In this document: positions 1-9,553 of the stretch, in pieces
Layout: each line of letters opens with the position of its first letter
Position numbering within the stretch: the stretch's first letter is position 1
The notes under the pieces: model-generated
Told to the model about the DNA's origin: nothing
What the model saw: only the letters and a program-made list of their open reading frames with translations
Databases searched by the model: none
Program-made: the position numbers and the translations under genes
IMG/VR virus record: IMGVR_UViG_3300034095_001584
DNA length: 64,000 nt
Direction: 5' to 3' (one strand)
Source: a virus
Lineage: Duplodnaviria > Heunggongvirae > Uroviricota > Caudoviricetes

Positions 1-436
1 GTAGTTATTCCGCTACCTGAATAATTATCATAACAATGACCATTTAATCTTAATCCTCCAAAAAAACTATCAACAACCCAAGCTCCACCACTTTCGTCCC
101 ACACCCACAAATGTAATGCTCTACTTGCATCATAAGTTTTAGTTCCTGACCTAACATTTAATCCCGGTGTTATACCCTGTCTATTCGCTGCGTCTCCACC
201 ATAAGAGCCTTCTGGATAATCAATAGCAAATGCAGTATAATAAGTTTTATTTTTATTATATATTTTATTTGTAAATGGATAATTCACGCCTGAAATTAAA
301 TCAACAACCCCATCAGTGCTTCCGTTATATAATCCACATCCTAACTGTGTCATTTTTCTGCGACTAGTAGCAAACGGATCAAAGCTTAAAATAAGTCCTG
401 ATTTAACTATTAACGGCCCATTATTTACTGTACTCA
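1..436 (-). CDS. hypothetical protein, 3' end (C-terminus) cut by window edge
   Basis: ATG at 436..434; hand translation (MSTVNNGPLIVKSGL...WVWDESGGAW...) stays open to position 1; 4-nt gap to upstream gene stop. Confidence 0.45.
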
Positions 437-440
437 TATT

Positions 441-1763
441 TTATATTCCATAAGTTTTACGGGTTGCATTGAAATTTTGCAATACTTCTGCGGCAGTTAA
501 TAGCCTTCCATAAACCAGTACTTGACCTATTTCTCCTGTAAAATATTCCCCTCCAGCACCATAAGTTCTTCTTCCTATATTAAAATAAGAAGTACTGGTT
601 GAAACATTCAAAAATGGCGCTCCGGAAGAACTACCATTATTTGAAGTGGTTTCTAGAACTCCATTTATATAAATCTTTAAATTCAAATAATTATCATCAA
701 AAACAGCGGTGATATTAGTCCAAACTCCATTTGCATAGTAATTACTACCTTTTCTTATTACTGCCCTTTGACTTGCTGAAGCGGTATAAGATTCTGCAAT
801 TAAAGATTCATCTGCGTAACCACCTGTCCAATCTGCTGTTATTTCTATACTACCAAAATTTGTATTTCCATCATCTCCCCAACCAACCAGAACTCCATTT
901 TGATTTGTTGAAGTTTTAAACCAAATTGAAATAGATCCTAAATTAAGCCAAAACGGATCTGTCGCAGTATAAGTTTTTGCTATAATTCTATTACTAGAAG
1001 CACCATTAAAAAAATATCCAGTATTATTAAAAGATACATTTGTCAAATCTGCATTAACATTATTTCCACTTATATCTAATAAACCACCACCTGCAGCAAC
1101 AGTATTAGCAGATCTATTAGAGCCAACAACAAATGGCGTACAATATGTTTTAGATTCATACTGCATACCTGTAACATACATTGATTTATAAGGTAAAGAT
1201 GGAGTATAAGATGTTTGCACATCCAAACCAACTGCTCCAACCCAACCGCCTGTTCTGCCGCCTATATTAGCCCCAACACGATACCATCCTAGCCAACCAG
1301 ATACTTTTGTTATAAACGCATTTGATACTCTTGCTCCTGTAGACACAACCGTGCCAGTTACTAAGTTAAATATAGCTGTGCTACCGCCATCTCCTAACAT
1401 TCCAATCGCAAAATTAGTAATGCTTCCATTAACTGAATATACATAACAAGAAATACTATTCCCTCCTTCACCACTTCCACCAAAACGACTTAAATGATGA
1501 TATCCATCAGTTCCAGATTCTGTTAATAATGTCGCTCCAGTTCCTATTGGAGTTTGTAATGTAGAATTATATGATTTAGTAAATCTGGTAGGATTGCTTG
1601 TCCATTCATTTTCATAGCCAGCGTATGAAAGTCCAGAAAAATCAGTAGTATTTGAAACTATATTTGTAGTAGCTTCTCCTCTAAAGCTTTTTGAAAATTC
1701 ACGGTTATAATATAACTGTAAATCTTTTTTTACTATACCTCTATTTGCGTGTTGAATTGACAT
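441..1763 (-). CDS. fibre/spike-like structural protein with C-terminal LamG/concanavalin-like jelly-roll domain
   Basis: 440 aa; Gly/Ser/Thr/Asn-rich; C-terminal region (ISIWFKTST...LKIYINGVL...GRLLTAAEV) fits Laminin_G_3-type pattern. Confidence 0.6.
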   Translation of the reverse strand: MSIQHANRGIVKKDLQLYYNREFSKSFRGEATTNIVSNTTDFSGLSYAGYENEWTSNPTRFTKSYNSTLQTPIGTGATLLTESGTDGYHHLSRFGGSGEGGNSISCYVYSVNGSITNFAIGMLGDGGSTAIFNLVTGTVVSTGARVSNAFITKVSGWLGWYRVGANIGGRTGGWVGAVGLDVQTSYTPSLPYKSMYVTGMQYESKTYCTPFVVGSNRSANTVAAGGGLLDISGNNVNADLTNVSFNNTGYFFNGASSNRIIAKTYTATDPFWLNLGSISIWFKTSTNQNGVLVGWGDDGNTNFGSIEITADWTGGYADESLIAESYTASASQRAVIRKGSNYYANGVWTNITAVFDDNYLNLKIYINGVLETTSNNGSSSGAPFLNVSTSTSYFNIGRRTYGAGGEYFTGEIGQVLVYGRLLTAAEVLQNFNATRKTYGI

Positions 1764-1767
1764 ATTA

Positions 1768-4700
1768 TTATACTTCAGTAATTAATTCTGGTACATCACT
1801 TCTGATTGCGGTAAAATCCCAGAAGAATTCATAAGTTTTATTAGATTCAAGCAGTGATTTATCATAAGCAACAACAAAGTAATTTTCAGCCACATTAATA
1901 TCATCTATATATAGTGTTTTACCGCACTTTATTCCAGTCAATTGTACATTTACACTTTCATGTCTTGCCAATTTACAAATATAATCTGGTAATTGTACTA
2001 TACATCTACCATTAACTAGTTTATCTTTACCAGTTAATCTTATACCATGATATGGACTTTCCAAACTACCATATACCAACTTCTTGCCTGTTTTAGTAGG
2101 ATGATCAATTTTGAAACTCTTGGTTGAAGCAGCAAAACTACCATTTACTTCTAATTTATAAGCCGGTGCGGTTGTGCCAATACCAATGTTACCATTATCT
2201 TGTATTACCATGTGCCATGTACTACCGGCATTATTTCCGATGTACATTTTTGTAGCATAATAATCAAATTGGAAACCATCACCTCCTGATTCTGCTGCAA
2301 ATAACAAATCACCACCACTTATTGTTATGTTATTGTTTGTAAATCCAGTTGCTAAAATTGTACCATTAACCTCTAATTTTTGACTAGGACTACTTGTGCC
2401 TATACCAACATTACCATTAATATCTATACGCATTCTTTCACTTACAAGCGCAGTAGCTTGTTGACCAACATAAAATGCCATACCATTAGTTCTATCAGTT
2501 GCAATAGTACCTACAAAATAGTTAAGATCAGTAAATTGTAATTGTGTACCTTGTGCATTATTTCCACTATTAGCAATTCTCAATATAGATTTACCCGTAC
2601 CAGAAGTATCTGTATTCCATGTACGCACCAATTGGTCACCGGTATTACTAGATTGTATATCCAATACACCACTGGGCCCTGCTGTACCTATACCAACATT
2701 ACCAGATTTATTTATGACCATGTTCAAGTCCCAACCAGAACCATTATAATCATAAAAAGCTATTCTACCAGCGTCAGCAGAAGCATTGTCAGATCTACCA
2801 ATTATGTGCACCTGACCTGGATAACTAACGTGATCTTTACCCCACAAATAAATACTTGGTTGCGTACTATCAGTGACATGAGTGAATGCTGTTACACCAG
2901 TTGTGGTACCTTCGCCAAAAACACTATTTAGTTTAATATTACCGGCAACATGTAGTAGCTGTGAAGGACTACTTGTGCCTATACCAAGATTGCCATTTGC
3001 ATCTATAATTACAGACTGAGTTGTTCCTCTATAAAATGCTATTTTACCAGCGGCCCAAGTGTTTACTTCCATTTGTCCACTTGAAACACTCATTCCTCCA
3101 ATTGCACCACTAGCTTCATCATAAACTCTTAATTTGACATTTGAACCAGCAGAATTACTATAAGTACCACCCAAACTAATTACTTCAGTAGCTGACGTTT
3201 GTACACCTGTTGTGTTACCTAATTGAAGTCTATAAACAGCATTTGTAGTGCCAATACCAACATTGCCTTCTACAATTAAACCATTGGTTGGTGCTGCGGT
3301 TGAACCATATGTACTACCTATACTTGTATTACCAAATACACTCAATTTACTACCTGTAGCACTTAGATTTCCTATAGATACAAAGTTTGTAGTTAAATGT
3401 GTAGCATTATCATATATCACTCTAAATCTAGCTACTCCTGAAGCATTTTTTAGATCAAAATAATCACCGTTATTTGAATTTTGAACATAAACACCATTGC
3501 TATCTATACCAAAAGAACCTGATCTTCCAAGTGAAGTATTATTTACTGATACTATTGCAGTGCCAGCAGATCCAGCAATTTCTAATTTACTATTTGGTGT
3601 TGTAGTACCTATACCAATATTACCAGCACTTGTAATACGCATTCTTTCATTTGATCCATTTGTATAGAATTTGTATGAACCTCCACCACTTCCTAAATAA
3701 AAATTAAAATCCGGCCTTGTTGATGCAGAATTTCTATTAATATATTCTATATATCCGCCATTCAAACTTGATTCAGCAGGTCCAAATTCAAAATTTTCAT
3801 TTGATCCATTTGATATGACTAACTTTGTTAATGGACTACTTGTTCCTATACCAATGTTACCATTATCAAATATTGATCCAGTAGCCACCGTAGAAGATGA
3901 TGCAAACTTAACAACATAATTTGTTACACCAGATACACTAACGCTAGTACCACTTGATCCTGAAGTGCCTGAACTGCCGCTGGTTCCACTAGATCCGCTT
4001 GATCCGCTTGTTCCACTACTACCAGAACTTCCACTAGTGCCTGAACTTCCTGAGGTACCAGATGATCCGCTACTTCCACTAGTTCCAGATGATCCACTTG
4101 AACCGGATGTACCGGAACTTCCGCTTGTACCAGAACTGCCTGATGATCCACTTGTTCCACTACTACCAGAACTTCCACTAGTTCCGCTTGATCCACTTGA
4201 ACCGGATGTACCAGAGCTTCCACTTGTACCAGAACTGCCTGATGATCCACTTGTGCCTGAACTACCACTGGTTCCGCTTGTTCCACTAGAACCGCTTGTA
4301 CCAGAACTTCCACTGGTTCCTGATGTGCCTGAACTACCAGATGTACCACTAGATCCAGAACTGCCTGATGTACCAGATGATCCACTTGTTCCACTAGAAC
4401 CAGATGTTCCTGAACTACCACTTGTTCCTGAACTGCCTGAAGAGCCACTAGTACCAGATGAACCGCTTGTGCCGGAAGATCCACTTGTTCCTGAAGATCC
4501 TGATGTGCCTGAACTTCCAGAAGATCCTGAAGTACCACTTGAACCACTACTACCACTAGTGCCTGAACTGCCTGATGAACCGGAAGTACCGCTTGAACCG
4601 GATGTTCCTGAACTGCCACTTGTTCCTGAAGATCCAGATGATCCGCTTGTTCCACTTGAACCAGATGTACCACTTGAACCACTACTTCCACTGGTTCCTG

Positions 4701-5748
4701 AAGATCCGGATGACCCACTCGTTCCACTACTACCAGAACTTCCAGACGTACCACTTGAACCGCTTGTTCCAGAACTGCCTGATGTACCTGAACTTCCACT
4801 TGAACCGCTTGTTCCACTACTACCAGAACTTCCACTTGTACCAGAGGTACCTGAACTTCCACTTGTACCAGATGAACCAGAGGTACCTGAACTTCCACTG
4901 GTTCCTGAACTACCTGATGATCCGCTTGTGCCGGAAGATCCACTTGATCCGGATGTTCCAGAACTACCTGAACTTCCACTGGTTCCTGAACTACCTGATG
5001 ATCCACTAGTACCAGATGAACCGCTTGTGCCTGAACTACCACTTGTTCCTGAACTGCCTGAAGTGCCTGACGAACCGGAACTTCCAGATGTACCGCTACT
5101 TCCACTAGTACCAGAGGAACCAGATGTACCACTTGGTGTTATTGCATAACTTGCTGATAATGCTTGAACAGCGTAACTAGATGTACCTTCAAATCCAATT
5201 CCATTTGTTATATTAGATGTATATTGACTTGCACTGACATTGCCATATACTACAAATGTAGATCCACTTTGAAATGCTATACTTGAAGTAATACTGTTGC
5301 TGCTACTTATTAAAGGTATAAATCCTGCGGTTAATGATTGTTCTAAATCAGGACCTAATATTACTTGTCTTGAATATCCTGAATCACTGCTACTAACAAA
5401 GAAATAATTATTTTGACTGTCCCATAGTAGTGAGCTTAATGTATTTGAACCACTATCATACATTTCAATACCAGCATATCTTACATGTGGACTTAATGCA
5501 TTTAATGTAATAATGTTATCAGTTACAATAAAATGACTGGAAGTGATATAAATGTTACTTGCACTATAATTTGTAGCATATAAAGTATCTGTTACTAGTA
5601 AGTTACTAGCAGTAAGTCTAGTTAAATTATAAATGCCACTTGGATTTAGATAACTACTAGTTAATGCATTACTTGAAGTTAAATCGGAAACTTGAGTAGC
5701 AATTAAACTACCTTCCAAAAGTAAAGATCCTGATAATAATAATGGCAT
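1768..5748 (-). CDS. giant fibre protein with ~390-aa (SGT/SGS)n linker and seven GN(I/V/L)GIGTxxP beta-repeat motifs
   Basis: 1326-aa ORF, 4 nt after next gene; low-complexity Ser/Gly/Thr block residues ~206-598; recurrent GNIGIGTSSP/GNVGIGTTNA/GNLGIGTSSP motifs. Confidence 0.75.
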   Translation of the reverse strand: MPLLLSGSLLLEGSLIATQVSDLTSSNALTSSYLNPSGIYNLTRLTASNLLVTDTLYATNYSASNIYITSSHFIVTDNIITLNALSPHVRYAGIEMYDSGSNTLSSLLWDSQNNYFFVSSSDSGYSRQVILGPDLEQSLTAGFIPLISSSNSITSSIAFQSGSTFVVYGNVSASQYTSNITNGIGFEGTSSYAVQALSASYAITPSGTSGSSGTSGSSGTSGSSGSSGTSGSSGTSGSSGTSGSSGTSGSSGSSGTSGSSGSSGTSGSSGSSGTSGSSGSSGTSGSSGTSGSSGTSGSSGTSGTSGSSGSSGTSGSSGSSGTSGSSGTSGSSGTSGSSGSSGTSGSSGSSGTSGSSGSSGTSGSSGTSGSSGSSGTSGSSGTSGSSGTSGSSGSSGTSGSSGSSGTSGSSGSSGTSGSSGTSGSSGTSGSSGTSGSSGSSGTSGSSGTSGSSGTSGSSGTSGSSGSSGTSGSSGTSGTSGSSGTSGSSGTSGTSGSSGTSGSSGSSGTSGSSGTSGSSGSSGTSGSSGSSGTSGSSGSSGTSGSSGTSGSSGSSGTSGSSGSSGTSGSSGTSGSSGSSGTSGSSGSSGTSGSSGTSGSSGTSVSVSGVTNYVVKFASSSTVATGSIFDNGNIGIGTSSPLTKLVISNGSNENFEFGPAESSLNGGYIEYINRNSASTRPDFNFYLGSGGGSYKFYTNGSNERMRITSAGNIGIGTTTPNSKLEIAGSAGTAIVSVNNTSLGRSGSFGIDSNGVYVQNSNNGDYFDLKNASGVARFRVIYDNATHLTTNFVSIGNLSATGSKLSVFGNTSIGSTYGSTAAPTNGLIVEGNVGIGTTNAVYRLQLGNTTGVQTSATEVISLGGTYSNSAGSNVKLRVYDEASGAIGGMSVSSGQMEVNTWAAGKIAFYRGTTQSVIIDANGNLGIGTSSPSQLLHVAGNIKLNSVFGEGTTTGVTAFTHVTDSTQPSIYLWGKDHVSYPGQVHIIGRSDNASADAGRIAFYDYNGSGWDLNMVINKSGNVGIGTAGPSGVLDIQSSNTGDQLVRTWNTDTSGTGKSILRIANSGNNAQGTQLQFTDLNYFVGTIATDRTNGMAFYVGQQATALVSERMRIDINGNVGIGTSSPSQKLEVNGTILATGFTNNNITISGGDLLFAAESGGDGFQFDYYATKMYIGNNAGSTWHMVIQDNGNIGIGTTAPAYKLEVNGSFAASTKSFKIDHPTKTGKKLVYGSLESPYHGIRLTGKDKLVNGRCIVQLPDYICKLARHESVNVQLTGIKCGKTLYIDDINVAENYFVVAYDKSLLESNKTYEFFWDFTAIRSDVPELITEV
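3954..5135. repeat. tandem coding DNA repeat (9-nt unit, 24-nt higher-order unit) encoding (SGT/SGS)n
   Basis: visible periodic ccacttgaacc/gcttgtacc/agaacttcc units; all frames stay open, creating artefact ORFs on both strands. Confidence 0.9.
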
Positions 5749-5751
5749 AAG

Positions 5752-7194
5752 TTATGTTATTCTTATAAGTATAAAGTTTCCGTTTCTATATAACCCGCCA
5801 AGTGGTACTCCACCAAGAGCTGCTGCAGCATCATCAATAAATTCAAGAGAAGATGATACTTGTGTTAATATAACTATTTGATTTAATGGATTAACATAAC
5901 TAGAAGTATCAGCATTTAATGCCCAACTGCTTGTTATTGGATATGTACTACCTGTTATTAAATCATTATTAACTGATGAACTTATTACTTGTAATCCGCT
6001 TCTGGATGCAATTGCATATCCACTCGCAGAAATAGGAAAATTAATTCTAGTTACGTTAGGATTTACAAGTGAAATGTTCTGTGGAATTATTTGATTAAAA
6101 TTTATGTCATATGTTTGTATTAATATTGGTTTTATATTAAGGCTATGAGTAAATTCCCAAATTGAACTACTATAAAAAGATGAACTAACCGCATTAGTAA
6201 TATTTATACCAACTGCATTTAAACTGTAACTGGCAGTTATTGCCCAACTGCTTGTTATTGGATATGTACTTCCAGTCGTTAAATTTGCACCTCCAGTTGT
6301 TACTAATCCTGTTGTAGATGACAACAAATATCTAAATTGACCCTCAGATCCTGACGGCGGAGCTGATGTAAAGTTTAAAATTGATCCTGTAGTGGTGTAA
6401 TCAGTTGATGGTTTTTTTACTAAACCATTAATTGTTACTAAAATATCATAATCTTGTAATACACTTTGAGTTAATGCATATTGAGTAGTACTACCATCAC
6501 CTGTAAAATATTGAGCATTAAGTGAAGATGTTAATATACTAATATTAGCAGAGCTATAAAATCTTCTAACTTCTAATTCTAATGCTGCTGGTGGTATTGA
6601 GGTGAGTGTCAGTGTGGTACCAAAAACACTATAATCAGTTGATGGTTCTTGTTCAAGACCATCTAAAAATACCAATAATTGAGTGGGATCATAAGTAGAA
6701 AAACTTAGTGTATATGTGTTGGATACGCCATCTGTTACAAAATTATCTACTGATGATGAAAAATTGATGTCAATTATACTAGAAGTTGATACAAATATAT
6801 TACCCCCACCTGCAGAAGCAGCATTTAATGCATATGAAGCAGTTAATGCATATGATGAACTATTAGAATTAACTGAATAACTACTTGAATATGCAAATGC
6901 ACTACTTAATGCATATGATGCACTTATAGAATTGAATGCCCAACTACTAGTAATTGGATATGTAGATCCTGTAATTATAGATGACCCAGCATTTAATGCA
7001 TATGAAGCAGTTAATGCATATGATGAACTATCAATATAACCAATAAATTTACTTGCACTTATTGTAGATGCTGTTATTGCACCAAGGAAATTGCTACTAC
7101 TAACAACAGTAAATTTGTTGCTAGCAGTCACTTCACCCCTAAATACATAAGGTTCACATGCTATTTTTTTGCCTATGAAAGTAAAATCAGACAT
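5752..7194 (-). CDS. Ser/Thr-rich fibre-like protein with internal repeats
   Basis: 480 aa; three copies of TGSTYPITSSWA(F/I/L)N and two of SSSYALTASYALNA; packed 3 nt from neighbours. Confidence 0.6.
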   Translation of the reverse strand: MSDFTFIGKKIACEPYVFRGEVTASNKFTVVSSSNFLGAITASTISASKFIGYIDSSSYALTASYALNAGSSIITGSTYPITSSWAFNSISASYALSSAFAYSSSYSVNSNSSSYALTASYALNAASAGGGNIFVSTSSIIDINFSSSVDNFVTDGVSNTYTLSFSTYDPTQLLVFLDGLEQEPSTDYSVFGTTLTLTSIPPAALELEVRRFYSSANISILTSSLNAQYFTGDGSTTQYALTQSVLQDYDILVTINGLVKKPSTDYTTTGSILNFTSAPPSGSEGQFRYLLSSTTGLVTTGGANLTTGSTYPITSSWAITASYSLNAVGINITNAVSSSFYSSSIWEFTHSLNIKPILIQTYDINFNQIIPQNISLVNPNVTRINFPISASGYAIASRSGLQVISSSVNNDLITGSTYPITSSWALNADTSSYVNPLNQIVILTQVSSSLEFIDDAAAALGGVPLGGLYRNGNFILIRIT

Positions 7195-7196
7195 GA

Positions 7197-7511
7197 TTAT
7201 CTTGTTTCAGTTATGCTTGCAAATACATCAACATTACCAGAAAGTGTTTTTACTTTTAATATATTTCTTGACAACATATTAACTGGCTTATCAATAATTA
7301 TTGTACATTGAGCAGGTAAAGTTGAATGTCTTGACAAAAAAAAGTCTAAATCATTCACTGTAATCACCAAATCAAACTGCAAATCAAAATCTGATTTGTT
7401 TGAGAAATAAATAGATTGTACCACTGAAGTGCTATTTACAGGACAAGTATAAATTGTTACATAATTGGTACCAATGTCACTTCTGGCTGTATTTATATTT
7501 AAAGTTGCCAT
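7197..7511 (-). CDS. hypothetical protein (first gene of the fibre operon)
   Basis: 104-aa ORF, ATG start, 2-nt spacing to next gene. Confidence 0.5.
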   Translation of the reverse strand: MATLNINTARSDIGTNYVTIYTCPVNSTSVVQSIYFSNKSDFDLQFDLVITVNDLDFFLSRHSTLPAQCTIIIDKPVNMLSRNILKVKTLSGNVDVFASITETR

Positions 7512-7570
7512 AATTTTCTTTCAAATAAATATTAAAATATATTATAATTCCATTATATTTATATTTGAAT

Positions 7571-8185
7571 ATGAACAGACCACAGGAAATTATAGAAGAT
7601 CAAATGATACATTTGATTGATGAAGTTTATGCTGACAGTGGATTGGGTAGATGGTTTGGTAAAGGTGGTGTAGGCAGTTCATCCGGCGGTGGATGGGATA
7701 GATACAATAGTAGCGGTAAAAAAGTAGGTAAATGCGGTGACGCAAAAAAAGGAAGCAGTTACAGTGCTTGTTTGGGTAAAAAATATGTGGCTAGATTAAG
7801 ATCCAAAGGTGGACGTAAAGCTATTGCCAATTGGGTAAAAAGAAAAAAATCCGCTCAAAATAAAGCTGGTAGAGGTAAAAAAGGTGATGGTGGTAAAGGT
7901 AAAACTCCTGTTAAAGTAAGTTACAAAGAAGAATTGTGTGAAATTTTCACTATTAATCACAGACAACAATTAAAACAAGATTTAATAAAATTCATACAAC
8001 AAGAATTTCAAAAAGATAATTTAAAATCTCTACATGCTGGATTGAGTATCACTGATTATAAATCAGAAGATTGGTATGAAAAAATAGCAGATAACATATT
8101 AAATAGACTATTACAGTATTTTGATATCATCCGTGGACAAACTGAAAGAAATTTAGTATCTTCTATTCCCCTTTCCAAAAATTAA
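7571..8185 (+). CDS. basic Gly/Lys-rich protein (possible nucleic-acid-binding or internal virion protein)
   Basis: ORF track starts at TTG 7565; first ATG at 7571; N-terminal half rich in G/K/R/S. Confidence 0.5.
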   Translation: MNRPQEIIEDQMIHLIDEVYADSGLGRWFGKGGVGSSSGGGWDRYNSSGKKVGKCGDAKKGSSYSACLGKKYVARLRSKGGRKAIANWVKRKKSAQNKAGRGKKGDGGKGKTPVKVSYKEELCEIFTINHRQQLKQDLIKFIQQEFQKDNLKSLHAGLSITDYKSEDWYEKIADNILNRLLQYFDIIRGQTERNLVSSIPLSKN

Positions 8186-8228
8186 ATTTATAATTGTTTA
8201 ATTATAAAAAGTAATATTTATAATTAAC

Positions 8229-9185
8229 ATGAAAAAGTTTTTCACTCTAACCATATTTGCATTATTGTTGGCTGGTTGTACTACCAAAATTGTACCTGGT
8301 CAACAAGTAAGCACTGCACAAGATGCAGTTGCCAAACAAGAAAAGAAAATTGACCAAACATATGATGATTTGGTCAAGAATGACAAGAGTAAAAGAGTAC
8401 AAACATCTGTATTGGCTCAGGGTATTCAATATTCATTACAACAAGTAACCAATGCTCCAATTCAAGTAGAAACTGCCAAGAATCTTAATGAAAGAGTTAT
8501 TAGTATAGTTGGTTCACCACATTTGGATGAAATCAAAAGAATCAAAGCCACAATTGATTTATTGAATTCATCATTGGCTGAAGAAAGAAAGAAGGGTGAA
8601 GAACTTTTGGGTCAAAGAGATACTGTAATTGATAAGTTACAGAAGGAAAAAAGTGAATTAAAAGACAAATATGATGACCAACTTTGGCAAATGACTGATA
8701 AAGCCAAAGAAGTTGCAAAAGAATCTGATGCAAAACAAGCTACTATTGATAGTATGAGTGGTATGTTTGGTCTTAATGCAGTTTTCTGGGGTCTTAAAAA
8801 GTTTTTCTTTAGTTGTTTAACCGCAATTATTATATTTGTTGTAGTATTTGCTTTGTTAAGAATACTAGCAAGTGTACATCCAGCAGCTGGTGCAGCATTT
8901 AGTATATTCAATATGCTTGGTTCTGGAATTTTGAGTTTGGTTAAAGGATTAACACCAAAAGCATTTGAAATGGCTAACTTTGCATCAAAAGATAAGGTTG
9001 ATGAATATAAGTCACCACTTACTAAGATAGTTGACGTAATTCAAGAACTTAAAGAAAAACAAAAAGAATCTCCTGACAAGATATATCCATTGAATGAAGT
9101 ATTGAAAAGATTTGATAAAGAAATGGATAGCACTGAAAAAGATTTGATTGATGATATCTTAAAAGAACAAAAGTGGATAAAATAA
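8229..9185 (+). CDS. lipoprotein with coiled-coil region and C-terminal membrane segments
   Basis: N-terminus MKKFFTLTIFALLLAGCTT (lipobox LAGC); heptad-like central region; hydrophobic stretch FFFSCLTAIIIFVVVFALL. Confidence 0.6.
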   Translation: MKKFFTLTIFALLLAGCTTKIVPGQQVSTAQDAVAKQEKKIDQTYDDLVKNDKSKRVQTSVLAQGIQYSLQQVTNAPIQVETAKNLNERVISIVGSPHLDEIKRIKATIDLLNSSLAEERKKGEELLGQRDTVIDKLQKEKSELKDKYDDQLWQMTDKAKEVAKESDAKQATIDSMSGMFGLNAVFWGLKKFFFSCLTAIIIFVVVFALLRILASVHPAAGAAFSIFNMLGSGILSLVKGLTPKAFEMANFASKDKVDEYKSPLTKIVDVIQELKEKQKESPDKIYPLNEVLKRFDKEMDSTEKDLIDDILKEQKWIK

Positions 9186-9248
9186 CGGAATAAATTATAA
9201 ATAATTGAATATAATTTGTAACGTGGTATAGTTCATATATATAAACGT

Positions 9249-9551
9249 ATGAGATACTATATTATAGATAATACTATTAGAAGAGAACCATTTATTTACA
9301 ATTCAGTTAATGAAGTGGTAAAACATTTGGAAACTACTGTTCAACGCAAGTTTCGTCAAACCAGACAACAATATATGCAAAACCTAATTGATTTAGGTCA
9401 TGGTTATGATGATGCAGAAGGTAAAGTATTTACACAATCACTAAGTGAATATTTTAATATTGGCACCGTAAGAAAAGATGGTAGTCTTGTAAAAGGTAAT
9501 ATCCATGAAGTAGCACAGTACAGCAAATATCGTACTGAAATGGGTGATTAA
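9249..9551 (+). CDS. hypothetical protein
   Basis: 100-aa ORF, ATG start, 2 nt before helicase gene. Confidence 0.5.
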   Translation: MRYYIIDNTIRREPFIYNSVNEVVKHLETTVQRKFRQTRQQYMQNLIDLGHGYDDAEGKVFTQSLSEYFNIGTVRKDGSLVKGNIHEVAQYSKYRTEMGD

Positions 9552-9553
9552 AC

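Noticed and set aside
2542-2931. Plus-strand ORFs antisense to large minus-strand genes (e.g. 2542..2931, 3248..3463, 731..919, 21079..21600, 32077..32411, 42511..43084)
   Set aside because: They sit antisense within well-supported long genes and have low-complexity or Cys/Phe-rich AT-bias composition typical of shadow ORFs.
3924-5149. ORF-track entries 3924..5132(-), 3965..5149(+) and 4575..5009(+) (proteins made of PELPLVP or VQVE repeats)
   Set aside because: They lie wholly inside the (SGT/SGS)n tandem DNA repeat of the 1768..5748 gene. The periodic sequence keeps all frames open, so these are repeat artefacts, not genes.
7565-7570. TTG starts used by the ORF track at 7565, 61022 and 61617, and GTG at 63996
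   Set aside because: In-frame ATGs lie shortly downstream (7571, 61043, 61650/61659, 63987). The longer extensions would overlap upstream genes or the promoter region.
8229-9185. Calling the lipoprotein a unimolecular spanin
   Set aside because: The topology (N-terminal lipobox plus later TM) is suggestive. But the TM region is internal, followed by ~80 more residues, and no endolysin or holin lies nearby. Evidence is insufficient.
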